A stretch of 64,000 nt of DNA from NCBI RefSeq assembly GCF_009914755.1, contig NC_060943.1. One strand, 5' to 3'. The translations under genes were made by a program, and so were the position numbers. Each line of letters starts with the position of its first letter. Positions within the stretch are counted from its first letter, which is position 1. Shown here one piece after another: positions 1 through 36,849 of the stretch. The notes under the pieces were generated by a model. It searched no databases. It had not been told where the DNA came from and saw only the letters and a program-made list of their open reading frames with translations. Source of the DNA: the human T2T-CHM13v2.0 reference genome, Homo sapiens.

Positions 1-372
1 TGGGGGACGGTCAGGTCTTTCCCTTCCCACGAGGCTGTATTTCAGACTATCACATGGGGAGAAACCTTGGACAATACCTGGCTTTCCTAGGCAGAGGTCC
101 CTGCGGCCTTCCGCAGTGTTTGTGTCCCTGGGTACTTGAGATTAGGGAGTGGTGATGATTCTTAGGGAGGATGCTGCCTTCAAGCATCTGTTTAACAAAG
201 CACATCCTGCACAGCCCTTAATCCATTTAACCCTGAGTTGACACAGCACGTGTTTCAGGGAGCACAGGGTTGGCGGTAAGGTTACAGATTACAGAACAAA
301 ATGGAGTCTCCTATGTCTACTTCTTTCTACACAGACACAGTAACAATCTGATCTCTCTTTCTTTTCCCCACA
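1..372 (-). mobile_element. HERV-K(HML-2) LTR5 (LTR5A/B-like), 5' U3 end; truncated by the window edge
   Basis: Reverse complement begins TGTGGGGAAAAGAAAGAGAGATCAGATTGTTACTGTGTCTGTGTAGAAAGAAGTAGACATAGGAGACTCC. Confidence 0.92.
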
Positions 373-691
373 CCTCCACAATCAAGATACAGTTTCATCA
401 CCCCAAAACTTCTCTCATGCTGTCCTTTTGTAGTATCCCTCCCCACCAACCCCTGGAAACCAGTGACCTCGTCTCTGTTCCTTTAATCTTGTGTTTTCAA
501 GAATGTCATACAAATGGAATCAGAAAGTACGTCACCTCCAGTCCTATGTACCCATTTGACTATGGAAAATTTCCACTCGAATGTCCCACAGGTACCTTAG
601 CTCAACCTCATTGCTCTCCTTCCAATATGCCCCTCCTCCTATGTCTAGATTCTAGTCAAACACTATGCCATCATCCAGCAGTCCAAGCTAG

Positions 692-1052
<361 letters not shown>

Positions 1053-1357
1053 TCTAATTACTCTCTTAATCTCATTGCTTATATGTTCTTTATATCTCTC
1101 AAAACAATCTATTTCTAAATCCACAACCATTTTACAAGTGATTCTGGCAACCACCTCTCAACTGGATTATTCCAACAGCTTTCTGGGTTTTTTTGCTGAG
1201 TCTTATCCTTTTGAGTCTCTATCTACATCACAGTAAGCATGATCATCCTAAACAAACACAAATCTTGTTAAGTCATTCCCCCAATCCCCCACTCCCTGCC
1301 ACTTAAAACCCTTCACGGGTTGTCCCTTGCCCTCAGGACAAATTGTAAGCTCCTTAG

Positions 1358-1696
<339 letters not shown>

Positions 1697-1944
1697 TAGT
1701 AGAGATGGGGGTTTTACCATGTTGGCCAGGATGGTCTCGATCTCCTGACCTCGTGATCCGCTCACCTCAGCCTCCCAAAATGCTGGTATTACAGGCATGA
1801 GCCACCACGCCTGGCTCTCCTCACCTTTCTTAGCTAATTAGTACTTGTCCTTCAGGTCTCACCTTGGCTCTAACCTCCTGGCTGGACCAATGCTCTACCT
1901 TTCTAATTCCTGCAGGAAAACACTGGACTTTTCTCTTTTTCCTT

Positions 1945-2998
<1,054 letters not shown>

Positions 2999-2999
2999 T

Positions 3000-6544
<3,545 letters not shown>

Positions 6545-6672
6545 TAGTAGAGACTGAGTTTTACCATGCTGGCCAGACTGGTCTCGAACTCCCGACTGCA
6601 GGTGATCCACTCGCCTCGGCCTCCTAAAATGCTGGGATTACAGGCGTGAGCCACTGCACCCGGCCCAAATCA

Positions 6673-7479
<807 letters not shown>

Positions 7480-8686
7480 ATAGTCAGTGTTCAGGAAATG
7501 GTTATTTATGATTATTATCCATAAAAATTCCAAAGGGATACACTGATTTGTCATTACCAAAGGGGCCAGAGAGAACCTGGCAATTATTTGGGCTTAGGGG
7601 AATAAAGGCAAAGCTCTCAGATGAGTTTCAGTCTGAAGCCTGGAAACAGGGAGGATGGGAGGCCAGGGGCAAGATGATGGATTCCATTTTAAGTAATAGA
7701 TTCTAAGTCTCAAGTAAAAATCAAGGTTGCCTTTTGGGTGTAAGGTAGAAACCTGGGATACAGAATTAAGAATTGCCCATGTTAGGCACGGTGGCTCACG
7801 CCTATAATCCCATCACTTTTCGAGGCTTGGGAGGGTAGATCACTTGAGGTTAGGCATTTGAGACTAGCCTGGCCAGCATGGCGAAACTCCGTCTCTACTA
7901 AAAATACAAAAAATTACCCAGGTGTGGTGGCCCACGCCTGTAGTCCCAGCTGCTCCAGAGGCTGAGGCATGAGAATCACTTGAACCTGGGAGGCAGAGTT
8001 GCAGTGAGCCGAGACTGTGCCACTGCACTCCAGCCTGGGCGCCAGAGCAAGGCTCTGTCTCAAAAAAAAAAAAAAAACTTACAGAATTAAGAGTTGCTCA
8101 TGCAGAGGAAAACAAAAAGATTTATTGTCATTGTCGTTTTCCTTTTTTTTGTGGAAACACAGACACTAGGACTTTAAGAAAGGCAGGAGCCAGATCTAAT
8201 GAATCTCTGGGTTCTCCCAGCAGAGTGATCCTCCCTACTCAGTGATCTCCACTGAGCAGGAGCCACCAATTCTCTTTGTAACTTAATGGAAGTGGCTTTC
8301 CCCTGTCTGCACCTCAGTTTCATTTGTAAAATGAGGAAAAGCAAACCTACCTCTGAGGGCTGTTATGAGATCATGGTTTGGAATTTTCCTGGCCAAAAGT
8401 GAATGCGCAAGTGGTGTCTCGTGTGACAACCCATGATCCATCCACCAAATAGAAAACAATGTCCAAACACACAAAATATCAAGAGTATACATACAAATGG
8501 TGGGAGTGTAAATTAATACAGTCTGACAGTGTCTACTAAAGCTAAACACATACCTGCCCTACGACCAGCAATTCCACACTTGGGTCTATTTTGTTTTTGT
8601 TTTTGTTTTTCTTTGGGAGGGGGATCTATTTTCAGAAGAAATGAATACGTAAGTTTGTCCAAAGAAATGTACTAGAATATTCATAG

Positions 8687-9405
8687 TGAGAGACAGGACT
8701 AGCTGGATTTCCTAGGCCGACTAAGAATCCCTAAGCCAACTGGGAAGGTGACCGCATCCACCTTTAAACAAGGGGCTTGCCACTTAGGTCACACCCAACC
8801 AATCAGGTAGTAAAGAGAGCTCACTAAAATGCGAATTAGGCAAAAACAGAAGGTAAAGAAATAGCCAATCATCTAACGCCTGAGAGCACAGAGAGAGGGA
8901 CAATGATCGGCGGGATATAACCCAGCACTGGAGCCCGCAAGGCAATCCCCTTTGGGTCTCCTCCCATTTTATGGGAGCTCTGTTTTCACTCTATTAAACC
9001 TTGCAACTGTACACTCTTCTGGTCTGTGTTTGTTATGGCTTGAGCTGAGCTTTCGCTCACTGTCCACCGCTGCTGTCTGCTGCCATGGCAGCTGTGGCAG
9101 ACCTGCCGCTGACTTCCACCCCTCCGGATCCGGGTGTCCACTGCACTTCTGATCCAGCGAGGCGGCACCCATTGCCGCTCCCAATTGGGCTAGAGGCTCA
9201 CCATTGTTCTTGCGCGGGCTAAGTGCCCGGGGTTCCTCCTAATCGAGCTGAATAGAGCTATAACACTCACCGCATGGCCCAAGATTCCATTCCTTGGAAT
9301 CCGTGAGGCCAAGAACCCCAGGTCAGAGAACAAGAGACTTACTGCCATCTTGGAAGCGGCCCACCACCATCTTGGGAGCTCTAAGAACAAGGACCCCCAG
9401 TAACA
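8687..9405 (+). mobile_element. HERV-W LTR17 solo LTR, full length
   Basis: TGAGAGACAGGACTAGCTGGATTTCCTAGGCCGACTAAGAATCCC start, ...CCCCCAGTAACA end, 4-bp TSD ATAG on both sides, two CCAAT boxes, GATATAA, ATTAAA. Confidence 0.93.
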
Positions 9406-11412
9406 ATAGCACTATAACACCCCTAAACTGGAAAATATCCAGTCTGAGGTATAGGGCATAGTCATAAAATGGAAACCATCCAGAATGAAAATGAAAGAAC
9501 TATTTCTACACACGGTATGCATGAATCTCACAAAAACAACATTAACTAAAAGAAACCAAACACAGTACACAGAGTACTGGTCTAGAGAGAAGGAGAATTC
9601 AAAACAAACAAAAGTAACCCAGCTGTTACAAGTCAGGGCGAGTCCAGCCAGGCACAGTGGCTCATGTCTGTAATCCCAGCACTTTGGAAGGCTGAAGTGG
9701 GAGGATCATCTGAGTCCAGGAGTTCGTGACCAGCCTGGGCAACACAGCGAAACCCTATCTCTACAAAAAACATTTTAAAATTAGCAAGGCGTGGTGGCAC
9801 ACGCCTGTAGTTCCAGGTGCTTGGGAAGCTGAGGTATAGGATTGCTTGAGTCTGGGAGGTTGAACCTGGAGTGAGTAGTGATCTCACCACTGCACTCCAG
9901 CCTGGGCAACAGAGCAAGAATCTCTTTCAAAAGATATATTTTTAAAGGCTACATGGGGTGGGTCATGCCTGTAATCCCAGTGCTTTCAGAGGCTGAGGAG
10001 AGAGGATAGCTTGAGGCCAGCAGTTGGAGACTCTAGTGAGCTATGATCGTGCCACTGCACTCCAGCCTGGGCGACAGAGACTCTAGCTCTTAAAAAAAAA
10101 AGAAAAAAACAGATGAATGATAACCTTTAGAAGGGATCGGGAGGCCGGATGTGGTGGCTCACGCCTATAATCCCAGCACTTTGGGAGGCCAAGGCAGGCA
10201 GATCACTTGAGGTCAGGAGTTTGTGACCGGCCTGGCCAACATGGTGAAACCCTGTCTCTACTAAAAATACAAATATTAGCCTGGGCAACAGAGTGAGACT
10301 CCGTCTCGGGGCGGGGAGTGGAGGGGGGAGAAGAAGGGATGGGGGAAAGGGGAGCACATGAGGCTTCTACTGTTTGGTTTTGCGATCTGGATTCAGGTTG
10401 TATGGGCATGTTCACTTTGTGTAATTTTGTCGAGCTGTAATGATTTGTGCTCTTCTCTTTATTTAACTTCAATAAAAGGTTTACTTAACAAAAATTGTAG
10501 CTGGTGTGAAGGGTAGCAGTGTTTCCCTGGGGCCAAGAGTACAGGCTTTGGGGACAGACAGACCTGGGTCCCAATCTATGCTTTGTCCCTTCGGCACATT
10601 GTTGACTGTGGCTGGTGGCTTCGTGGCTCTGAGCTTGTCTCCTTCTCTATAAATGAGGAAACATAATACTTGCGACGATGATGCCTGTAAAGCTTAAGCG
10701 CAGGACCTGGCATAGATCTGTAAGGCGGAAACCTGGGATACAGAACTAAGGTCTATGGATCTCCTGTGCTACCCAACTTCTGGGCACTCGCTGCCTCCTT
10801 TTCCCCAGCCCAGACGCGTGGGTTCTACTCGATTGGTTGCTCACTGCGGGCTCGGGGCTCCTCAATCCCGGGGTAAAGCCCAGTATGAAATGTCACCTTC
10901 AGGGGCAGCTCGGATCTTCCCACGCCCGCGCGGCGCACAATCTTTGGATCAGCGCCACGTGGAGACCTTACCCGCCCGTACGATCAATCCCTTCTGTGGA
11001 ACCCAGCTCAAGGACCCTCCAGCCCAGACACTAGAAAGCGAAGAGCAGTTGGCCGCCAGACTGTCCGTGCCAGAGCTCTGCGAACTTACTCCGTTGAAAG
11101 AGCAACGGGGCTGCGCCACCTCCCGGAGAGAACCCCCAGCCCTCCACGGCAGGGCGAGATGGCGCCACCGCGTGATACTGCGCACGCCCACAGCTCCCGT
11201 CCCGCCCTCGCGCCTGCGGGTACGGACAGCGCATGAGCTTATGTTGAGGGCGGAGCCCAGACCAGCCCTTCGTCCTATCCTGCCCTTCCAGCACCTCTCA
11301 GCCGTAACTTAAACTACACTTCCCAGAAGCCTCCTCAGCCAGGGACTTCCGTTGTCGTCAGCGGAAGCGGTGACAGATCATCCCAGGCCACACAGAGGCC
11401 GGCTTGGTCACT

Positions 11413-21512
<10,100 letters not shown>

Positions 21513-21624
21513 CCCTTCCCTTCCCTCCACCACACCACTCAGGGGCTGGGGCTTCTCTCGCACCCCCAGCACCTCTGTCCCAAAACCTCATTCCCTTTTT
21601 TCTTTACCCAGGATTGGTTTCTTC

Positions 21625-21630
21625 AATAAA
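21625..21630 (+). terminator. PSMC4 proximal polyadenylation signal
   Basis: AATAAA ~113 nt after the stop codon, followed by U-rich sequence. Confidence 0.75.
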
Positions 21631-21949
21631 TAGATAAGATCGAATCCATTTAATTTCTTCTTAGAAGTTTAACTCCTTTGGAGAATGTGGGCCTTGAATA
21701 GGATCCTCTGGGTCCCTCTTAATCTGACAGATGAGCAGACGAGGTGCATGGCCTGGGTTGCAGCTTGAGAGAACCAAAATATTCAAACCAGATGACTTCC
21801 AAAATGTGGGGAAAGGGATGGAAAATGAACCTGAGATGGAGTCCTTAATCACGGGATAAAGCCCTGTGCATCTCCCTCATTTCCTACAGGTAAAAGACAG
21901 TAAAGAAATTCAGGTCACAGGCCTTGGGAGTTCATAGGAAGGAGATGTC

Positions 21950-22386
<437 letters not shown>

Positions 22387-22387
22387 C

Positions 22388-23943
22388 AAGAAATGGAACT
22401 CTTACACACTGCTGGTGGGAATGTGAAATGGTAAGCCACTTCGGAAAACAGTTTGACAATTTCTTATGCTAAAAATACACCTATCAGATGATTTAGCCAC
22501 TTCTAGGTATTTACTTAAGAAAAAATAAGGCATACATCCATATGAAGACTTGTAAATAAATGTTCTCATTATTTTTATTTGAAATAGCTAAAACTGGAAA
22601 CAACCCAAATATCCATCAGCAAGTGAATGGATAAACAAATTGTAATATTTGTATGCAATATAACACCACTCAGTAATATGAAAATGAACTACTGATGTAT
22701 GCAAAAACGTGAAATTCAAAATAATTATGCTGAGTGACAGAATCCAGACAACAAATAATACATAATGTATTATTCTATTTACATAAAGTTTTAGAAAATC
22801 CAAACTAATCTAAGTAACAAAGCATACCAATGGTATATGGGGCTTGGGGCAGGTGAGACGGATTATAGAGAAAAAAGTAGGAGGTGATAGACATGTTTAG
22901 TTTTTTTGCTTGTTTGTTTTTACTGTGGTAATGGTTTTTCAAGTGTGTATGTCAAAACTTATCAAATTGTACCTAATTTATTGTAGTTTTATTGATACCT
23001 CAATAAAATTAATAGTTACATACATAAATGTACTTGAAGTTCCACCTAGCACAATAAGGTAAGAAAAAAAATTAAGGCGTGGGACTGGAAAAGAAATGAA
23101 ACTCTTCATTATTCACAAATGTCATGATTGCATATATGGAAAATCTAAGTCTACACAAAACCTATTAAAATTAAATAGTGAATTTAGCAATGTGGCTAAA
23201 CAAAGGTCAATATAAAATATTAAATATAAGCCAGGCATGGTGACATGCATCCACAGTCCCAGCTACTCAGGAGGCTGAGGCAGGAGAATTGCTTGAGCCC
23301 GGGAGTTCAAGTCCAGCCTGGGCAACACAGCAAGACCCACTGTCTCTGAAAAAAAATCAAATACATATATCAGCAATAAATAAATAGGAAATTAAATTTT
23401 AAATTATAACATTTATCAAATAAATTCTTAAGTGCCAAGAATAAATTTAAAATATGAGATATAAATAGTTAAAATTACAGAATATTGACAGAAATCAAAG
23501 AAGACAAATAAATGTTGGGATACAACATGTTAATGTATTGGAAGATTACGAGTAAAAATATTAATTCTCCACAAATTGATCTATAAACAACGCAGCGCCA
23601 ATCAGAATCCCAGCAGTTTTGTCCTGCTGGAAACTGACAAACTGATTCTGAAATATATAAGTAAATGAAAGGCTCAGAAATAGCCAAGAGAATATTTGAA
23701 GAAAAAAGCAAAGCTGGAAGACTTACAATACCAAATATCCAGACTGATGGTAAAGCTGTTGTAACTAATGTAGTGTGGTATGGCCTTACCAATGGACAAA
23801 TCAATGGAACAAAATATGGAGTCCAAAAAGAAAATAATATACTCACTTGATTTCTGACAAAGTTAATCCTGTGGTACACTGGAGTATGAGTGATCTTTTA
23901 TTAAATGTTGCCTTGTCAACTCTATGTAGATAAAATAAATCTG
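22388..23943 (+). mobile_element. Old L1M fragments
   Basis: GCTGGTGGGAATGTGAAATGG, AAACTGGAAACAACCCAAATATCCATCAG, ORF2-like KRIFEEKSKAGRLTIP. Confidence 0.8.
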
Positions 23944-24443
23944 TGTTACCAGATGAAGAGTTTTTAATTGGGTTGTTCAGGTTATTGGCATGTTGAACAA
24001 AGAACTGAACAAAATGCACAGACAAAGAAAAAGCAACAAAAGCAGAGATTTATTGAAGTGAAAGTACACTCCACAGAGTTAGAGAGGGCTCAAACAAGTG
24101 GCTCAAAAGTCCAGATTATAATGTTCCTTGGGGATTTTATTAAACTAAAAGAGCATAGTAGCACGCCTAAACGTCCTTTAGAAGCCTCTAACAGGTCATA
24201 CTCTATAGGAATGAAGAATTCTGCCCAGGACCAATCAGAGGCACCCTGCAAATGAGGGATTCAGAATGAACCAATCACAGGCATTCCCATTGTGACACAG
24301 GGGAGGGGAGGTTCAGAGAAGGAGGGCCTTTGGCCTCGTTATTTGGTCACGGAGAGGTGAGGTTTTCCTCTTAGTCCAATTCCAAGAAGTCAGCAGGGGT
24401 TGGCCTTAGGTTCCCTGTCTCCAGACTCTATTCTCCTGCCTCA
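23944..24443 (-). mobile_element. MER51-type ERV1 solo LTR
   Basis: Reverse complement begins TGAGGCAGGAGAATAGAGTCTGGAGACAGGGAACCTAAGGCC and ends GGTAACA; imperfect 4-bp TSD TCTG/TTTG within L1. Confidence 0.8.
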
Positions 24444-24543
24444 TTTGGACCCCTACAATCTAATTGTGAATGTAAAAGGTAAAAAAAGTTTCAAATAATT
24501 ACGTAGAAGGATAGCTTCATGACCTTTGGTTTGGCAATATTAA

Positions 24544-25032
<489 letters not shown>

Positions 25033-25984
25033 TAGTAGAGAGAGGGTTTCTCCATGTTGGTCAGGCCTGTCTCCAACTCCCAATCTCAGGTGATCCACCT
25101 GCCTCAGCCTCCTGAAGTGCTGGGATTACAGGCATTAGCCATCGCGCCCAGCCACACATTCTTATACAAACAGTTTTAACTTGGTTGTAAATATCTCCAC
25201 TCAAAGGATCTGGCCCATGCAGAAACACAAGACTTGTCCCTCAATATAAATCGTAAGATAGGTGGTGTTTTGTACAGTCTAGAAAACCAGGCCAAGTTGC
25301 AGCAAACCCCTAGGTTTTAATGTTAATAAAGTCCTCTTGGACTTCATGGGCCCAAAAGTTCCAGTGTTGTATTGCTTTTGTAAGAAAATTTCAAAACTGT
25401 AAAAAAGACAAATGGGTAGTTCTTGGAATACCAAATAAGTAGTGGTTAAACTGGAGGTATCAGTGCATAGCTAAGGCACTAAATTTGTTATAGGTCAGAA
25501 TCAACTCCCTAAAATTTGATGCTCATAGCCATGAAATAAGGTGGTAGAGCAATGCAGGTTCCCTGATCAAACAGCCTTTCAAAAGGAGTCTTGATCTTAT
25601 TCAAAGATCATGTCATTTAATTTGCACTATGGCCTTTGCCACACATAAATTATGCAGTAATTCCAGTATTCCACTAAAAATCCATGACCTGAATCTCATT
25701 ATGGGAATACATCAAACTACAAAATTGAGAGACATTATATAAAGTAACAACTTTTTTCTTCAAAAATGTTGTCATAAGAAACAAAGAAAGGGTAGTAATA
25801 TCACATGATATCAAAGTAGGGGATTCTTGCTCCCTTCCTCCCACAAAAGTGGACAATTAGCTATCCATGAATAAAAATAGCTCTAGGAGAGCTCTGGAAT
25901 CCAGTTAAGAAGCTGCAGCAACACAGTGGAGCAAAAAAACACCTAGAATAACCAACATAAGGGGCAGGAAGAACAGTTTCATTT

Positions 25985-29745
<3,761 letters not shown>

Positions 29746-29751
29746 ATTTTA

Positions 29752-31570
29752 AAGACACATAGGCTAAAAGTGAAGGGATGGAAGAAATTATTCTATGCAA
29801 CTGGTAACCAAAGAGAGCAGGGTGGCTATAATTATATCAGACAAAATAGACTTTATGTTGAAACTGTTATTAGAGACAGAAAAGGTCATTATATAATAAT
29901 AAAAGGGTCTATTCAACAGGAAGACATAAAGATTGTAAATATATACGCACCCAACATCAGAGCACTGAAATACATAAAACAAATATTGACAGAGCTAAAG
30001 GGAGAAATTGACAGCAATGCTATCATAGGAGGAAACTTTAATGCCTCAATTTCAATAATGAATAGAGCACTCAAGCAGAAAATCAATTTTTAAAAACCCG
30101 ACTTGTGCACTCTAGCCTAATGGACCCCACAAACATATCTATAACTTTCCACCCAGCAGAAGAAGAATTAGCCCATGCAACAAATTCTTTTCAAACACAC
30201 TTGGAATATCCTCCAGGACAGATCACATGTTGGGTCACAAAACAAGTCTTAAGAATTTAAGAAGATTGAAATCATACCAATTATCTCCTCAGACCATGTG
30301 GAATCAAACTAGAAATAATAACAGCAATAAATAAGGAAAATCCACAAACACATAGTAACTAAACAACACACTTTTGAACACCAGTTGGGTGAAAGAGGAA
30401 ATCAAAAAGGAATTTAAAAAATACCTTGAGACAAATGAAAACAAGAATACAACATACCAAAATTTATGGGATGCAGCAAAAGCAGTCCTAAGAGAAATGT
30501 TTATAGGGATAAATGTCTACATTTAAAAAGAAGAAATATCTCAAACAACCTAAGTTTACAACTCGAGGAAGTAGAAAAAAAAACTAAAAGCAAAGCTAGC
30601 AGAAAGAAAAAAAATAATAAAGATTAGAATGGAAATAAATGGAATAGGCTGGGCACAGTGGCTCACTCCTGTAATCCCGACAGTTTGGGAGGCCGAGGTG
30701 GGCAGATCACTTGAGGTCAGGAGTTCAAGACCAGCCCGGCCAACATGGTGAAACCCTGTCTTTACTAAAAATACAAAAATTAGCTGGTTGTGGTGGTGGG
30801 CGACTGTAATCCCAGCTACTCAGGAGGCTGAGGAAGAACTGCTTGAACCCAGGAGGTGGAGGTTGCAGTGAGCCAATCTCGCCATGCACTCCAGCCTCAG
30901 CGATAGAGCAAGACTCCATCTCAAAAAAAAAGAAATAAAATAGAGAGCAGAAAAACCATAAAGAAAAATCAGCAAAACTAACAGTTGTGTTTTTGTTAAA
31001 GATAAGCAAAATCAACAATCCCTTACGTAGACTAAGAAAAAAAATAGAGAAGACTCAAAGAAAATCAGAAATGAAATAGGAGACATTACCTTGAATGACA
31101 AAGAAATAAAAATGATCATAAGTGACTATTATAAACAAGTATACATCAACAAATTAGAAAATATAGTACAGTGGCCCCCAACCTTTTTGGCACCAGGGAC
31201 TGGTTTCATGGAAGACAATTTTTCCACAGACCAGGGTGATAAGGGGACAGGGGAGGATGGTTTCAGGATGAAACTGTTCCACCTCAGATCATCAGATTCT
31301 CATAAGGAGCGGGCAACCTAGATCCCTTGCATGCAGAGTTCACTATAGGGTTCATGCTCCTGAGAATCTAATGCTGCCACTGATCTGACAGGAAGTGGAG
31401 CTCAGGCAGTAATGTTCGCTCTCCTCCTGCTGTGCAGCCCAGTTCCTAACAGGCCATGGACTGGTACTGGTCCATGGCCCAGGGATTGTGAACCCGGATA
31501 TAGGAGAAATAGATAAATTCCTAGAAACATACAACTTTCCAAGATGGAATCCGGAAGAAATAAAAAGTCT
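29752..31570 (+). mobile_element. L1 ORF2 endonuclease-region fragment
   Basis: KGHYIIIKGSIQQEDIKIVNIYAPN..A.KYIKQIL.ELKGEIDSN.II.G.FN. Confidence 0.9.
31169..31497 (+). mobile_element. MER1B hAT-Charlie element
   Basis: CAGTGGCCCCCAACCTTTTTGGCACCAGGGACTGG start; 8-bp TSD ATATAGTA/ATATAGGA. Confidence 0.85.
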
Positions 31571-32176
31571 TACTTCTCCTGGGACCCCTGGAATCATGGC
31601 ATATTCTGAACAAGGGGAGAAACATATTGAGCAGAGGCTCTTAGAGGAGAAACCACCTGGAATGACTCATGAGAAGATGGCATCTGGAGTAGAGGCTATT
31701 ACTGGCCCAATACAGAACACTGTTCACTGGGACTTCCCTTACACCAGCATCCAGTATGCTCCCACCCCCATGCACCCTTCGGAGGTGCATGCTCAGCAAG
31801 GGGTATAAGAGTACCACTGGCAAAACAATGCTTAATCCATCTGGCAGTCATCCTGGCCCTGTGTTTTCCTACATCAGGGCTAAAGGAGGCCAAGGGGTGG
31901 CAGAGTGTCAGAACTGATTCATTATTCCAAAGTGCACTTTTGCCTCACTTTCGAGGCATTGAGACTTTGCTGTGGACAGTCTTATACTGTCTCCTCGCAG
32001 GGCATGGCCTTCTCTGTGCCTTGTCCTTGTTATGCATCCTCCTGTATCCCTCACAAAGGAAGAGATGGAGCTGTTTGCTAATCCACTTTCTTCTTGAGCA
32101 GTTCATGTTGTATGAATAATAGCAAAACCTCTAGGTCACATGTGACTTGTTTAAATACTGTACATACATACCTTGG

Positions 32177-32184
32177 TGTGTGTG

Positions 32185-32220
<36 letters not shown>

Positions 32221-32227
32221 TATATAC

Positions 32228-32258
<31 letters not shown>
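32177..32258. repeat. Compound (TG)n(TA)n(CA)n(TA)n microsatellite
   Basis: Directly visible. Confidence 0.95.
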
Positions 32259-32492
32259 AAATACACACTTGTACATGAAACTCGTAGAATTCAAACCACA
32301 TCCCATATGGGCTCTGAATATCCTAGGTAGTGCTTGGTGCAAGAGAGAAGTTTGTTGGCATATAATTCACCTTATCACCCCTGTCTCTTTGTCATAATTC
32401 TGCTAAATTATTGAGCCTCCATCACATCCAGTTTCTTATGGACATTCTAGTCTCACTCAGAACTGACTCAAAGTTCGACACACACTTTTTAA

Positions 32493-35872
<3,380 letters not shown>

Positions 35873-36849
35873 TGACACATTTTTAAGGGATTTGGGGGGG
35901 GGCAGGGGTTCTTTGCAACAATGTAAACATCCAGTCCCTCATCAAACTTTCAATTTTTTTTCACGTACTAATTTATATCAGTTTGGAATTATGATTCCCT
36001 CTGTTATTTAATGGGTTTTAATCTATAACTAGCATTATTTATTTTGATGCTCAAACCATGTCAAGTTTGGTCAGTGGAAGTCCCTTCAATCTGGTTTCCA
36101 TGTCCTTTGAACACGTCCCCACCATTCTTTGAGCACTGCCTTACTTTCAAGCACAAGATGTTCCAAGTTCATTCTGAACTTTCCCTTCCCCAGCTCTGGA
36201 ATCTGCCATTTCTCCATGGAGCCTTGCTCCTTTCAGTGGAGCATGGTATTTAGGAACCAAGGGCTGACTGCCTAATGTGCTTTCCAAGTATAATTTCCTC
36301 AGTCCAAGCTTTTCAAATTGATCTGCCAAAGACCCATTGCCAAAGATCCATTGCCAGAATATAAGAGTGGAAGGAAATTCTTAATATTTTTTGAAAGTTA
36401 CTATTATTTTCATTTTTCTCTTTGTAAAAAATTCATTTAATTCAATATAAAAAGACAAAAATCTTTGGCACATAAATCGCAACTCTCTGATGCAAATGTT
36501 TAAATAAAGCTGATACTCCAAGAAGACGCAACATATTCTCTTTATCCCACAGACATATAGGCCTATGGTTGCAAACTTTTATACACACACAGAGTCACAA
36601 TTCCACTGGCACCCGTGATGTTCCACATCCAGATTTTCCAAATCACACATTCTCATCTTCACATAGCCTTGCCGGCAACCACACGGCATAGTACCACATT
36701 GTTACGTCAAGCACAGCCAGTCTACCACAGAGCCTGTCGTCCCATTGACCAAAGTCACAAAAATCACAGCCCCGGGTATTTACTGTGGTTTTCTCCAGTC
36801 AGATCCCTTCACTCACTACACACTGACTCACACTCAAATTACACACACG

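Noticed and set aside
10755-11312. 185-aa ORF upstream of PSMC4
   Set aside because: Lies in a GC-rich CpG island where stop codons are scarce; no recognisable domain.
25160-25680. Non-Alu, non-L1 segment possibly of ERV internal origin
   Set aside because: No ORF or motif I can confidently assign.
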